A stretch of DNA of 63,525 nt, the filler included, from Octopus bimaculoides (lineage: Eukaryota): NCBI RefSeq assembly GCF_001194135.2. It is 7 parts of 7 records of this genome, joined end to end, with 100 filler letters (N's around TTAATTAATTAA, not from the genome) between each part and the next. Parts side by side here need not be neighbours in the genome. Positions count along the whole stretch, not along the records: positions 50,226 to 58,695 come from NC_068981.1; positions 58,796 to 61,910 come from NC_068995.1; positions 62,011 to 63,525 come from NW_026333968.1; 4 more parts are not named here. One strand, 5' to 3'. The position numbers and the translations under genes are program-made. This document shows positions 53,265 to 63,525 of the stretch, piece after piece (position 1 is the stretch's first letter; the number at the start of each line of letters is the position of its first letter). The notes beneath the pieces are model-generated. The model was not told the origin of the DNA. It searched no databases and saw nothing but the letters and a program-made list of their open reading frames with translations.

Positions 53265-53405
53265 GACCTGAAACTTTAAGAGAAGGAGCTAGTCGATTAC
53301 ATTGAGCCCAGTGCTCGACTGGTACTTATTTTATCGACCCCGAAAAGATGAAAGGCAAAGTCGACCAGGCGGAATTTGAACTCCAGACGTAAAGACGGAC
53401 GAAGT
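53265..53405 (-). mobile_element. SINE family 2, partial
   Basis: CCAGTGCTCGACTGGTACTTATTTTATCGACCCCGAAAAGATGAAAGGCAAAGTCGACC..GGAATTTGAACTC. Confidence 0.85.
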
Positions 53406-53464
53406 ACTACATTATTTACATTATTTACAATTGACGGATATTTGTCCTCATCTTGTTTGTTGTT

Positions 53465-53510
53465 AACACAACGTTTCGGCTGATATACCCTCCAACCTTC
53501 ATCAGGTGAC
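53465..53510 (-). ncRNA. Minimal type I hammerhead ribozyme motif with intact core, in a PLE-pLTR-like repeat (~53405-53560)
   Basis: Minus strand reads GUCAC-CUGAUGA-A-GGUUG(GAGGGUAUAU)CAGCC-GAA-ACGU-U-GUGUU: canonical CUGAUGA...GAAA, 5-bp stem II with one wobble, palindromic stem III, stem I CAC/GUG. Confidence 0.7.
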
Positions 53511-53639
53511 TTGGGGAAATTTTGAACCTGAGTTCTCATTCCGAAGGTATTTTTCGATGTTGTTATTCTTCTTCTTATTATTATTCAAGAGCGCGAGCTA
53601 CTAACCCCAAGATTCCGAGTTCAATTCCAAGCAGTGATG

Positions 53640-53848
53640 GACTACTCAACCTGAAAAAATTCTAACTGGGCCCCACTTGCAAGGTCATGCGCTATTTATC
53701 TTGATGTAAGATCACCATGTAGCGCTCATGTGGTTGTGATGCATGTGCCTGGTGTACCTTTATCAGATGGGTAGTCATGATGGGTATATTCGTCTTCGTA
53801 TAATTGTACCCCAGTGTCACTTTGATGGCGTGCACTGCTCTCTCACTC

Positions 53849-53850
<2 letters not shown>
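53640..53850 (+). mobile_element. 3' part of the 15975-16425 repeat family, followed by a (TAA)n tail
   Basis: Direct similarity to 16265-16425. Confidence 0.7.
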
Positions 53851-53886
<36 letters not shown>

Positions 53887-54184
53887 TAATAATGATGATG
53901 ATGATGATAATAATAATAACAATAATAATAATGATAATGATAATAATAATGATAATGATAATAATAAGCTGGAATACAGCAGGAATACCGCAGCAAATAG
54001 CAAACAGCATGGACGTGAGACAGTGAGCTGCCAGGAAGATAGGTTAAATCTGAAACCCCCACGAAGCAAGGATTAAGAATTTGCAAAAACAATGAAAGAA
54101 AACTGTTTTAATATAAACCATCCCAGGAAACTGAAAGATTTCCCTTATATAGAAATTATACATACATACATACATACATAGCTT

Positions 54185-54395
54185 GGCTGCTCTGCATTGA
54201 CAAGGGGCAACACCCTGAAACTAGTCTGCAGATGCCAAACCAGCAGGGGGAAACTGCTGACCTCCCCTGTTCGAAGGTTATAAAGGACACAGGTTTCGTG
54301 TGTCACATAGCTAGCTAGAGGCGATGGCTTCTTGGAGCTAATTCACGGCAGCTTTCGTCCTAATTTTGGGACTGCCATGTTGGCTTGGCGATAAC
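54185..54395 (+). repeat. Diverged single-orientation relative of the 22235-22579 palindrome arm
   Basis: TGTTCGAA..TATAA.GGACACAG..TCGTGT..ATAGC.AGCT.GAG.CGATG.CT.CT.GG.GCTAA...TTCGTCCTAA...GGACTGCCATGTT is shared with 22447-22556. Confidence 0.75.
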
Positions 54396-54452
54396 TATTA
54401 ATTTCCAGTACCGCTGCCGTAGTCTCCTTTAGAGAGACTTAGAAATATTAAT

Positions 54453-54504
<52 letters not shown>

Positions 54505-55015
54505 NNNNNNNNNNNNNNNNNNNNNNNNNNNNNNNNNNNNNNNNNNNNNNNNNNNNNNNNNNNNNNNNNNNNNNNNNNNNNNNNNNNNNNNNNNNNNNNN
54601 NNNNNNNNNNNNNNNNNNNNNNNNNNNNNNNNNNNNNNNNNNNNNNNNNNNNNNNNNNNNNNNNNNNNNNNNNNNNNNNNNNNNNNNNNNNNNNNNNNNN
54701 NNNNNNNNNNNNNNNNNNNNNNNNNNNNNNNNNNNNNNNNNNNNNNNNNNNNNNNNNNNNNNNNNNNNNNNNNNNNNNNNNNNNNNNNNNNNNNNNNNNN
54801 NNNNNNNNNNNNNNNNNNNNNNNNNNNNNNNNNNNNNNNNNNNNNNNNNNNNNNNNNNNNNNNNNNNNNNNNNNNNNNNNNNNNNNNNNNNNNNNNNNNN
54901 NNNNNNNNNNNNNNNNNNNNNNNNNNNNNNNNNNNNNNNNNNNNNNNNNNNNNNNNNNNNNNNNNNNNNNNNNNNNNNNNNNNNNNNNNNNNNNNNNNNN
55001 NNNNNNNNNNNNNNN

Positions 55016-55210
55016 ACGTCCGTTCATTTATTGTCCAGGTTGGGCCGCTCGGCTTGAGCAGCGCCTCGCATAAATCACATCTGTGTGTGGATTCTGGTCT
55101 GTCGGCTGTCGATCCCTTACGTCGAGCTCGCTTTTCTGCAGCTGACAGCTTCTCTTCGCCGATCCGTAGCTGTTTCAGAAGTGTGCTTTTCCACCTGGAA
55201 AACAAGACAT
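55016..55210 (-). mobile_element. RTE (BovB-like) LINE ORF C-terminus
   Basis: LKQLRIGEEKLSAAEKRARRK...THRCDLC matches the RTE terminal pattern L..GE......EKR.RRK....CxxC. Confidence 0.7.
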
Positions 55211-55269
55211 TAAACTTATATAAGAGAAAATATGGGAAGAGATCAGTGTAGATGTCAGACTTCCAGTAA

Positions 55270-56777
55270 ATGGATGCCACCGGGCAAGAGTAACATAAAA
55301 AAGCTAACTTGCTGTCATAACGTAATTATGAATGAATCGCAAATGACCCCGGAATGGCGGGCCAATGTTATTACAAAATGTTCCCCCAAAATGATGAAAT
55401 AAAAATCTCTAAGAACTACAGTCCCATGATATATGTACAAGATTCTTACATCTATCTTAATGGAATGCACGTATATTTTCTTATTAGCAACATTTTCTCT
55501 GACGAACAAAAAGGCTGTAAATATAGATCATATGGATACAAGGATCAACTGTTAATTAGCAGAATGATTTTTGATGAGTATCACAACAGGAAAAGACATC
55601 TTTCGCTGGCCTGGATAGATATAAGCGCCTAGTGACATTTAAAATTACACCAATAATCAGGAATTTTTTAAATCTCATGTCAGTAAGCTCTGGAAAATCA
55701 CATTAATTCTCAACATGGACTCTAAAACTATAAATTGTGAAATCTTCTAAGGAGACTCATTATCTCTTTTCTTATTCTGTTTAACTCGCTTTCTCCCAAA
55801 TAAACTGCTAAATGAAACGAATTATTGCATACAAGGCGTATAGAAAAACCATCAATCAGCTCTATGTGGATAGCTTGAAAGTTTTTGCGAAAAAGGTTCA
55901 ACAACGCCAAACGCTCCTTCATACAGTTAAACAATTTAGAGATGACGTCAAAGTGGAATTTGTCTCTTCAAAATTGTAACCAAGGCTACATCTGTCAAGA
56001 GGAAACAATCAAACACATGCAACATTACCCTAGTTGAGATACCAAAATGAAAGAATTAGAACCTGAGGGTGGTTATAAGAATCAAGCTATCTGAAGGAGA
56101 TGGAATAAGCGCTAGCTATTGAGATAAAAAATAAGAAAGAAATGCTATGTAAGAGCTTTTTTGAAAACTGAGTTGAATACCAGAAATGAAATTGGAGCCA
56201 TAAACACATTGGCCATGCCTGTAATCACATACACCTTCAATACTATTACCTGGTCCATCTCTGAGATCAACGAAGTTGATGTCAAAATTCGAAAGCTGGA
56301 TGTACTAAATGTATCTTCTGAGAAAAGAAGGTGCTTGGGGATTAATACAATGTCAACTCTCATTGAAAATTGCAACCATGAGTCATTCTGCCTACTTTCG
56401 ACATGAAACCGATTGGATGTTAAAGCTGGTTCTGAAACATCAAAAAGTTGCAATTGGGTGCAGCTTGTGTAAAAGAAAAGGTTTCAAAAAGTTGCAATTA
56501 GTGACGAAAATGTAATAATATACCTTCGAGAAATGCAGTTAGTCGAACTAGTACCAGAAGAAAATGTGCCTCCAACTGACAAAGCAAAACAAATAAAAAA
56601 TATATAGGCGCAGGAGTATCTGTGTGGTAAGTAGCTTGCTTACCAGCCACATGGCTCCGGGTTCATTCTCACTGCGTGGCACCTTGGGCTAGTGTCTTCT
56701 ACTATGGCCTCGGGCCGACCAAAACCTTGTGAGTGGATTTGGTAGACGGAAACTGAAAGAAGCCTATCGTATATATG

Positions 56778-56830
<53 letters not shown>

Positions 56831-57850
56831 TTGTCTGTCTGTGTTTGTCCTCCCCAACATTGCTTGACAACCGATGGTGGTATGTTTACGTCCCCGTAAC
56901 TTAGCGGTTCGGCAAAAGAGACCGATAGAATAAGTACTAGGCTTATAAAGAATAAGTCCTGGGGTCGATTTGGTCGACTAAAGACGGTGCTCCAGCATGG
57001 CCGCAGTCAAATGACTGAAACAAGTAAAAGAGAGAAAGAGATATCCAAACAAACATTAGGGAGAAGAGAAAGTAAAAAGCTATATGGAAAATATCTGGTT
57101 AGAGCCAGGGACCCTGATGTAGAATAAACCTTTACCCTCAGTGATTGAAACTTAGGAGTATATTATTGCTAAGGTATTAGCCATAGTAAGGTATTACCAG
57201 TGTACATTAAACAGGAAAGCATCCTATCGTGTTGCGTATGCGGAAAACATCCAGATCCTGTCGACCGTATAATTTCTGGATACAACCAACTTTATTTCTT
57301 TTAAATTGCCATAAAAGCATTACATAGAGGGGGACACTACAACACATGTGGGGAACAAAAAATTCCGTCTGACTTCTTTTTTTTAGCAAGCTACTTTATT
57401 TCTTGTAAAGACAGCTCAGTGTACACACTGGTCAATATGCTGTCCATGTAAATTTCCCTCACAAAGATAATTGGTGGGAATGCAAACCACCAAATGTTAC
57501 CTAGAATGCCGAAGTAACTGTTCTTTGGAATTTTAGTGTTGTGGCTGATCGAGAAATTCAAGTCAACTGAGAAAATATCATTGTGAAAAATGATGTTGTA
57601 AAGGCGTCTTTTGATTGATTTTGCAGACTCACTTGACAAAAGCACATTTTTGAAAACGCTTGAAAAATTTAGCAAATATAAGGACTTGATAGAAATCAGA
57701 AGAATGTGACATCTCAAAGCAACAACATTACCTATTGTTATTGAGGTGCTGAGAATGGCATGAATGAGAGCAAACAAATATATAGACTAAATACCTGGCA
57801 GCCCCCAAAATAAGTGAATTCCAAAAGGCCATACTTATGAGTATCTCATA
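55270..57850 (+). mobile_element. Old R4/Dong-clade LINE (RT, CCHC, RLE endonuclease), heavily mutated and interrupted by a SINE
   Basis: EQKGC..SYGYKDQLLI..LSLAWID, GDSLS, LYVDSLKV (degenerate YMDD), KTELNTRNEIGAINTLAMPVITYTF, CVCGK..VDRIISG and TVLWNF..ADREI..LLID..EKFSKYKDL..PIVI, in R4/Dong order. Confidence 0.88.
56607..57040 (+). mobile_element. SINE family 1, full length, nested in the R4/Dong LINE
   Basis: Complete head, microsatellite and tail; LINE homology continues on both sides. Confidence 0.93.
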
Positions 57851-58044
57851 TTCTATGTAAATTCCTCTCCATTTAAATGCAGTCTTACTCATTCTGTGTT
57901 ACTATAAATTTTATAAAGGACTGTTTTATGAATTGTACGACACGTCACCCATTAACATCTTCAGAAGTAAAATCATGTTCTATGACGTCTCTGGTATTAA
58001 TTAAAGCAACGCTATACAAACAAACAATAACTACAATAATAATT

Positions 58045-58190
58045 GTTTAAAATCTTGGCACAAGGCCAGCAATTTTGGGGGGAGAGGTTAAGCGGACTAC
58101 TCCGACTCTATAGTTCAACTGGTACTTACTTTATCGAGTCCCCAAAGGATGAAAGGCAAAGTCGACCTTGGTGAGATTTGAACATGAAAC
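58045..58190 (-). mobile_element. SINE family 2, partial
   Basis: GGCACAAGGCCAGCAATTTTGGGG...AAAGGATGAAAGGCAAAGTCGACCTTGG..ATTTGAAC. Confidence 0.8.
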
Positions 58191-58310
58191 TAAAAAAAAA
58201 GTTATAACTGAATATTGTCTAGCATTTCCCCTTCCTCTGAAACGCCTCTACAAATCCACCACCCTGATGGTAATGATGATGATGATGATGAGAATGATGA
58301 TGAGATGATG

Positions 58311-58695
58311 ATATTATTATTATTATTATTCAGTAGTTTTATTTTTATAACGTGCTTTCACTTCACTACCGAGCGCAGCTCTGTGCGCCTTGGGTATGTG
58401 CTGTGGTTTGCTGTGGTGCTCTTATGTTTACTGTATTGAAAGTGTTTTGCGTAGAATGTGTGCAGTACCCAGTAGTGCAATTTTCTGTATGTTATATATA
58501 TTTGTAAGTCCTGGTGTTTTTGTTATGTATTTGTCTGAATATTTTTTTATTATACCTAAGGCACCTACTATGATAGGAATTGTTTCTGTTTTTAGATTCC
58601 ACATTCGAGTTATCTCTATTTCCAGGTCTTTGTATTTTGAAAGTTTTTCCATTTCTTTTAGATAAACGTTGTCATCTGCTGGTATTGAAACATCA
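58311..58695 (-). mobile_element. Younger R4/Dong-clade LINE 3' end (RLE C-terminus, 3' UTR, (TAA)n junction)
   Basis: Uninterrupted ORF 58428-58652 EKLSKYKDLEIEITRMWNLKTETIPIIVGALGIIKK...IQKIALLGTAHILRKTLS, typical of R4/Dong termini. It is cut 5' by a spacer. Confidence 0.92.
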
Positions 58696-58795
58696 NNNNN
58701 NNNNNNNNNNNNNNNNNNNNNNNNNNNNNNNNNNNNNNNTTAATTAATTAANNNNNNNNNNNNNNNNNNNNNNNNNNNNNNNNNNNNNNNNNNNN
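58696..58795. other. Artificial 100-bp scaffold-join spacer
   Basis: 44N-TTAATTAATTAA-44N. Confidence 0.95.
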
Positions 58796-58856
<61 letters not shown>

Positions 58857-59369
58857 AGAGAGAGTGAGACAGAGATTATGAATGAGAAAAAGAGGAAAAA
58901 AACAGAGAGGAAGAGTGAGCGAAATGGAGAGACGATTTAGATATACATACATACATACATACAAACATGTATGCACGCTCGCGCACACACGTCTTTACAT
59001 GGATATGTTCGAGTGTGTTTCTGTGTGTGTGTATGTGTGTGTGTGTGTGGGTAAGTGTTTCTTCTCGGGAATGAAAAAGGGAGAGAGACATAGAAAGTAG
59101 GGGAGGGTGCGAAAGACAAGAAGAGTGAAGGAAACGTTACAAAGAAATAAATAATCAAAAGGAGTAGGGGAAAGCATAGGGAGCAGTGACAGTTGTTTGT
59201 GTCTAGCAAAGAATCAGACAGAGTCATCGTTACATGTTTATAACATGCACCTACATGTCTTTGTTTACATGTTATGGATGTCGTCTGGTAAACATGTAAA
59301 TACAGCCGGATGTACATGAACCACACATCCACACATGCATCTACGCAGAAACAACGCACATACATATTT

Positions 59370-59405
<36 letters not shown>

Positions 59406-60689
59406 NNNNNNNNNNNNNNNNNNNNNNNNNNNNNNNNNNNNNNNNNNTATATATAATGTATGCATATATGTATGTGTGTGTATGTGTTTTGTGTGTGCGT
59501 GCACGCGCGTATATATATATATATATATATATATACGCGCGTGCACGTATTTATATATGTGTGTGTAAATGGATGAGATCATTGCGCAACAGTTTTATTT
59601 CACGTATCAGCAATTTCTTGTAAACATTAAACTTCAACCAAATCCATGTTGTTTTGTCTGATTATAAACACACGCATACATACATACATACATACATACA
59701 TACAAGCATATATACATGTACTCAAATAAATATATATCTCTAGATACATCAGTATATGCACACATACATCTGTACGCATATGGTTATATCTATATGCATT
59801 TCCGTGTGTCTCCTTGTATAATTGAAACTGGGGAGTCCGACACATTGCGGTAATAAATATCTCTATACCAGACTAAAAATCTCTGAACTGATCTTAAGAT
59901 TCTCAGGTGTGAAGAAACAACTGAGGAAACAGTGGGGAATGGACACCCCACTTCCGATAATAGATATATTATCTACAAACTTATTTAAGTAGCAGACATG
60001 CTGTAGACGCACACTCACACATATATATATGCACATACACACATATATATAATATTTATAAAATGATACGAAATGTGAAAGATAAACGGAGAGGCAAAAG
60101 AAAAAAGAGGTCATATACAAACTCTTATCAGCTGCAGGGTCCGGTGCCAATGTAGTTTCTACTCGTTTATTCTACAGTACTACTTCTCTGGATGCAACAG
60201 TGATTATAAATATCACGGAAGTAACGAACATTGCAATAAAAAGTCTTAAGATTTAAAACACGAGTGACAATATAGAAGTGAAAAGAAAAATAACACAGAG
60301 ATACAGCTAAATACAGTTTAGCAAAAAAGAAAGCAACCTATTAACAGGAAACAGAAACAAGCAGTGATTGTTGGCGCAAATGAAAGACCAAAAAATGAAT
60401 ACGTTTTCCGTAATAAACATACTCTTTTTTAAATGGCTTTTATGAAGCTTTAAAATATTTCAGTAGACCTCAGTTCTTAGTGCAAATCGTCTTGTAGCAG
60501 GAACATAGCATTAATATTATGTATTAATTGCAAAAATTCACCATATTCTCTCACAGCTGTTTCGATTTTGCCGCCAAAATTAAATTCAGTAATTAAATCA
60601 TTGTATTGGGAAAAATCTCATCATAGGACTAGAAAAGACATACCGTTATGTTATTAGATGTTATGTTTCTAAATCATCTCAACAGACTC

Positions 60690-60746
<57 letters not shown>

Positions 60747-60976
60747 TATGTATATGTATATACATATATGAACTTATATATACTTTCTTAGCAAGTTCCA
60801 AAATTTAATAGCTAATTTGGCTCTTCTACTCTAAGCCCATTTTCTCTCCAGAGAGATGGGAGAGAGAGAGAGAGAGACAGAGAGTGCAGTATATTGTAGT
60901 ATTGATAAATAGTAACTTTTTGATTAACATAAAGGAAAGAAGTAGGAAGAGGATAAATGAAGAAACGGAAGAATAG

Positions 60977-61008
<32 letters not shown>

Positions 61009-61009
61009 T

Positions 61010-61150
61010 TCGAGCCGATCAAAGCCTTATGAGTGGATTAAATGTACGGAAACTGAAAGGACAAGTACTAGGCTTGCAAAGAAAAAACTTGACTAAAGGC
61101 ACTGCTCCAGCATGGCCACAGTCAAATGACTGAAAAAAATAAAGTATAAA
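61010..61150 (+). mobile_element. SINE family 1, multiply deleted
   Basis: CAAAGCCTT.TGAGTGGAT..ACGGAAACTGAAAG is fused directly to AAGTACTAGGCTT...CCAGCATGGCCACAGTCAAATGACTG. Confidence 0.75.
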
Positions 61151-61910
61151 AAGTAAAAGGCTATAAAAGAAAATTAAAATATAGATAGAGAAAAAAAGAA
61201 GGGTCAATGTTTGTTTGTGTATCTGTGCGTTTCTGTGTTTCATGTTTGATCGGTCATATTATGCCGCTTTATATATATNNNNNNNNNNNNNNNNNNNNNN
61301 NNNNNNNNNNNNNNNNNNNNNNNNNNNNNNNNNNNNNNNNNNNNNNNNNNNNNNNNNNNNNNNNNATATATATATATATACATATATATATATGTATGTA
61401 TAGACCGAATGCTGGGGAAACGTGTTTTGGTATTATTTATTCACTATTACACATGGTTCATTTTCTTATATGAGCTATGAAATTAAACTAGTAAGGGAAA
61501 CATATCAGATTTCTCCTATTTGAAAATATTCAGACAGAGAATCAAATAATATTACTTGTTTCACCGTCCGGAGTATTTGTAATAAGATATTTCTTATTTA
61601 TACAAAATTTGTAATCTATATGAACAAATGAAACATGTGCAATGGTGAATAATAATGGCTAAAAAATAATACCAAAACATTTTCCTAAAGTCCTGTTTTG
61701 ATATAGAATTACTCTGCAAACAATGTCTCCAGAATTTTCAATTCTAATATGTGCCTCACATCAATACAACAGCAACGACATATTGGATTGTAATACTGGA
61801 ATAAGGAGATGTTCTGAAAAGGGATACAGCTTAGATTTTACCCCACCCACGTTATGTATGCATGTATGTATGTATGTATGTATACATACATATATATATA
61901 TGTATGTATG

Positions 61911-62010
61911 NNNNNNNNNNNNNNNNNNNNNNNNNNNNNNNNNNNNNNNNNNNNTTAATTAATTAANNNNNNNNNNNNNNNNNNNNNNNNNNNNNNNNNN
62001 NNNNNNNNNN
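61911..62010. other. Artificial 100-bp scaffold-join spacer
   Basis: 44N-TTAATTAATTAA-44N. Confidence 0.95.
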
Positions 62011-62078
62011 GGTGCCACGAAGTGGGACTGAACCCGGAAACACGTGGTTCGTAAGCAAGCTACTTACCACACAGCCAT
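62011..62078 (-). mobile_element. SINE family 1 head fragment
   Basis: GTGGGACTGAACCCGGAA.CACGTGGTT.GTAAGCAAGCTACTTACCACACAGCC. Confidence 0.85.
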
Positions 62079-62185
62079 AGTAACTACTGTAATGCTAAAG
62101 GCTTTGTTAAATACATAATTTAAGAGTAGCTGTGTGATATAGAGATAATTAAAATATGATAGTAAGGAGTTGTGTTGAAGATGCC

Positions 62186-62218
<33 letters not shown>

Positions 62219-63525
62219 TAAAGTGTCTATGTGAAAGAGAGAGAGAGACACAGAGAGGAGAGAGCGCGGGTAGTTTAAGTGCAAAAATCTGTTAAAAGAT
62301 TGATTTAAGAATGACAGTGTGACATGCAGGTACTTAGCACGTGAGCATGAGTGTTAGATTAAGAGGTTGTACTGAGGGCGAGCGAGCGTTTTAAAGGTAG
62401 AGGATTTGTTAAATCAGTGACTAAGTGAGGACAATGTGACATAAAGATGTGAGGGTATGTCTAACAGTAGCGTAGGTTGTATTACGGGAAAGAGAATAGA
62501 GTGATAGACGTGCTAAGCGAATAATTTCGGAGTGATATCGTCAGTGTTAGAGAACTGGTTAAAATATTCAGCTATATATGAATAAGTGTGTGAAGTAATA
62601 TAGTCGAAGCAAATTGTTTAAAATGATTAACCAAAGAAATGCTAGGAGTTCTTAGCAATAATTAAAGTAAATCGAGAAAGAGTAACTAAAACTGAATTGG
62701 TGTGATTTACTATAAGAATAGTAGATAGGTCGTAGAATGAAAAACATGCTTTGAGAAGGAGCATGATATAAAACATAAACAAGAATCGAGAGAAAGAGAA
62801 AGAGAAAGAGAGGGAGAAATGGAGGTGGTGGTGGTGGTGGTAGTGATAGTGAGGCGTGTTATGTAAACTAAAACCAATGAAGACACAATGAAAATTAGAA
62901 TGATAAAAATGGTGTGAAGAGGTATATAAGAGATAAATAATGGGACAGAAGATGGAAAAAGACAAAAAGCAAAAAAAACAAAAAAAACAGACAAAATATA
63001 CGAACCGTAACGATATAAACAAACAAAGAAACAAACAAGCGAACAAACAAGCAATTAAATAAATACATGCATAAAAGAGGCGGGTAAAGTAAAGGAAACC
63101 ATCTCGGAAATGCAAGAAAAGACTACATATCCTTGTATCAGGTGAAAATAGTTTAAATGTAAGCGTTAGGCATAAAAAAGAATCAAAACAACATACATAT
63201 TAAAACACACAAATGCACACATACACACATACATAAACACATGCACAAAGATGCAGAAGTATACATATGTATGTATGATGGTAAGTATCTGAGCCGGTTT
63301 ATATGTGTATGTGTGCGAGTGAGTGCAAGCGCGTGAGTCTCTCTCAAACACCGTTATGCTTTGTACATCTATATTTTACTAAAAAAAAAAAAAAAAAAGA
63401 AAACAATTGTTTTTCAATGGTAGATAAATAAGAGTTGAAGAAAGAAACAAAAACGCAAACAAACCAACAAGTAAGTAAACATACAGAAATAACTAATATA
63501 AAATTACAAATAAAACATTCACTTC

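Noticed and set aside
60150-60345. Hydrophobic 55-aa minus-strand ORF after an acceptor-like site
   Set aside because: The T-rich strand alone explains the hydrophobicity; no donor or homology.

Overview
AT-rich, microsatellite-dense animal genomic DNA with many N-gaps. From my recognition of its SINE families it is most likely an octopus (coleoid cephalopod) draft assembly; no database search confirms this. Six identical 100-bp spacers (44 N + TTAATTAATTAA + 44 N) show the window is seven separately assembled pieces, so adjacency across them is unproven. I cannot identify any host protein-coding gene with confidence, only a few isolated candidate exons. Nearly all ORFs in the track are microsatellite, N-gap or antisense artefacts. 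The interpretable content is decayed mobile elements. Non-LTR retrotransposons: Tx1/L1-like, Hero/R2-like, CR1-like, RTE-like and R4/Dong-like. Others: a Penelope-like GIY-YIG fragment, mariner, maT/Tc1 and hAT transposase remnants, and several short repeat families, three of them tRNA-derived SINEs. The observations most worth following up are three minimal type I hammerhead-ribozyme motifs (one with an intact core, two sharing the same A6U change), a 345-bp near-perfect palindrome built from a dispersed repeat, an ~850-bp foldback element, a mariner remnant ending in an inverted self-duplication, and a Tx1/Penelope back-to-back junction. Nothing here demonstrates a new multi-gene system. Translations and alignments were done by eye, so element boundaries are approximate.
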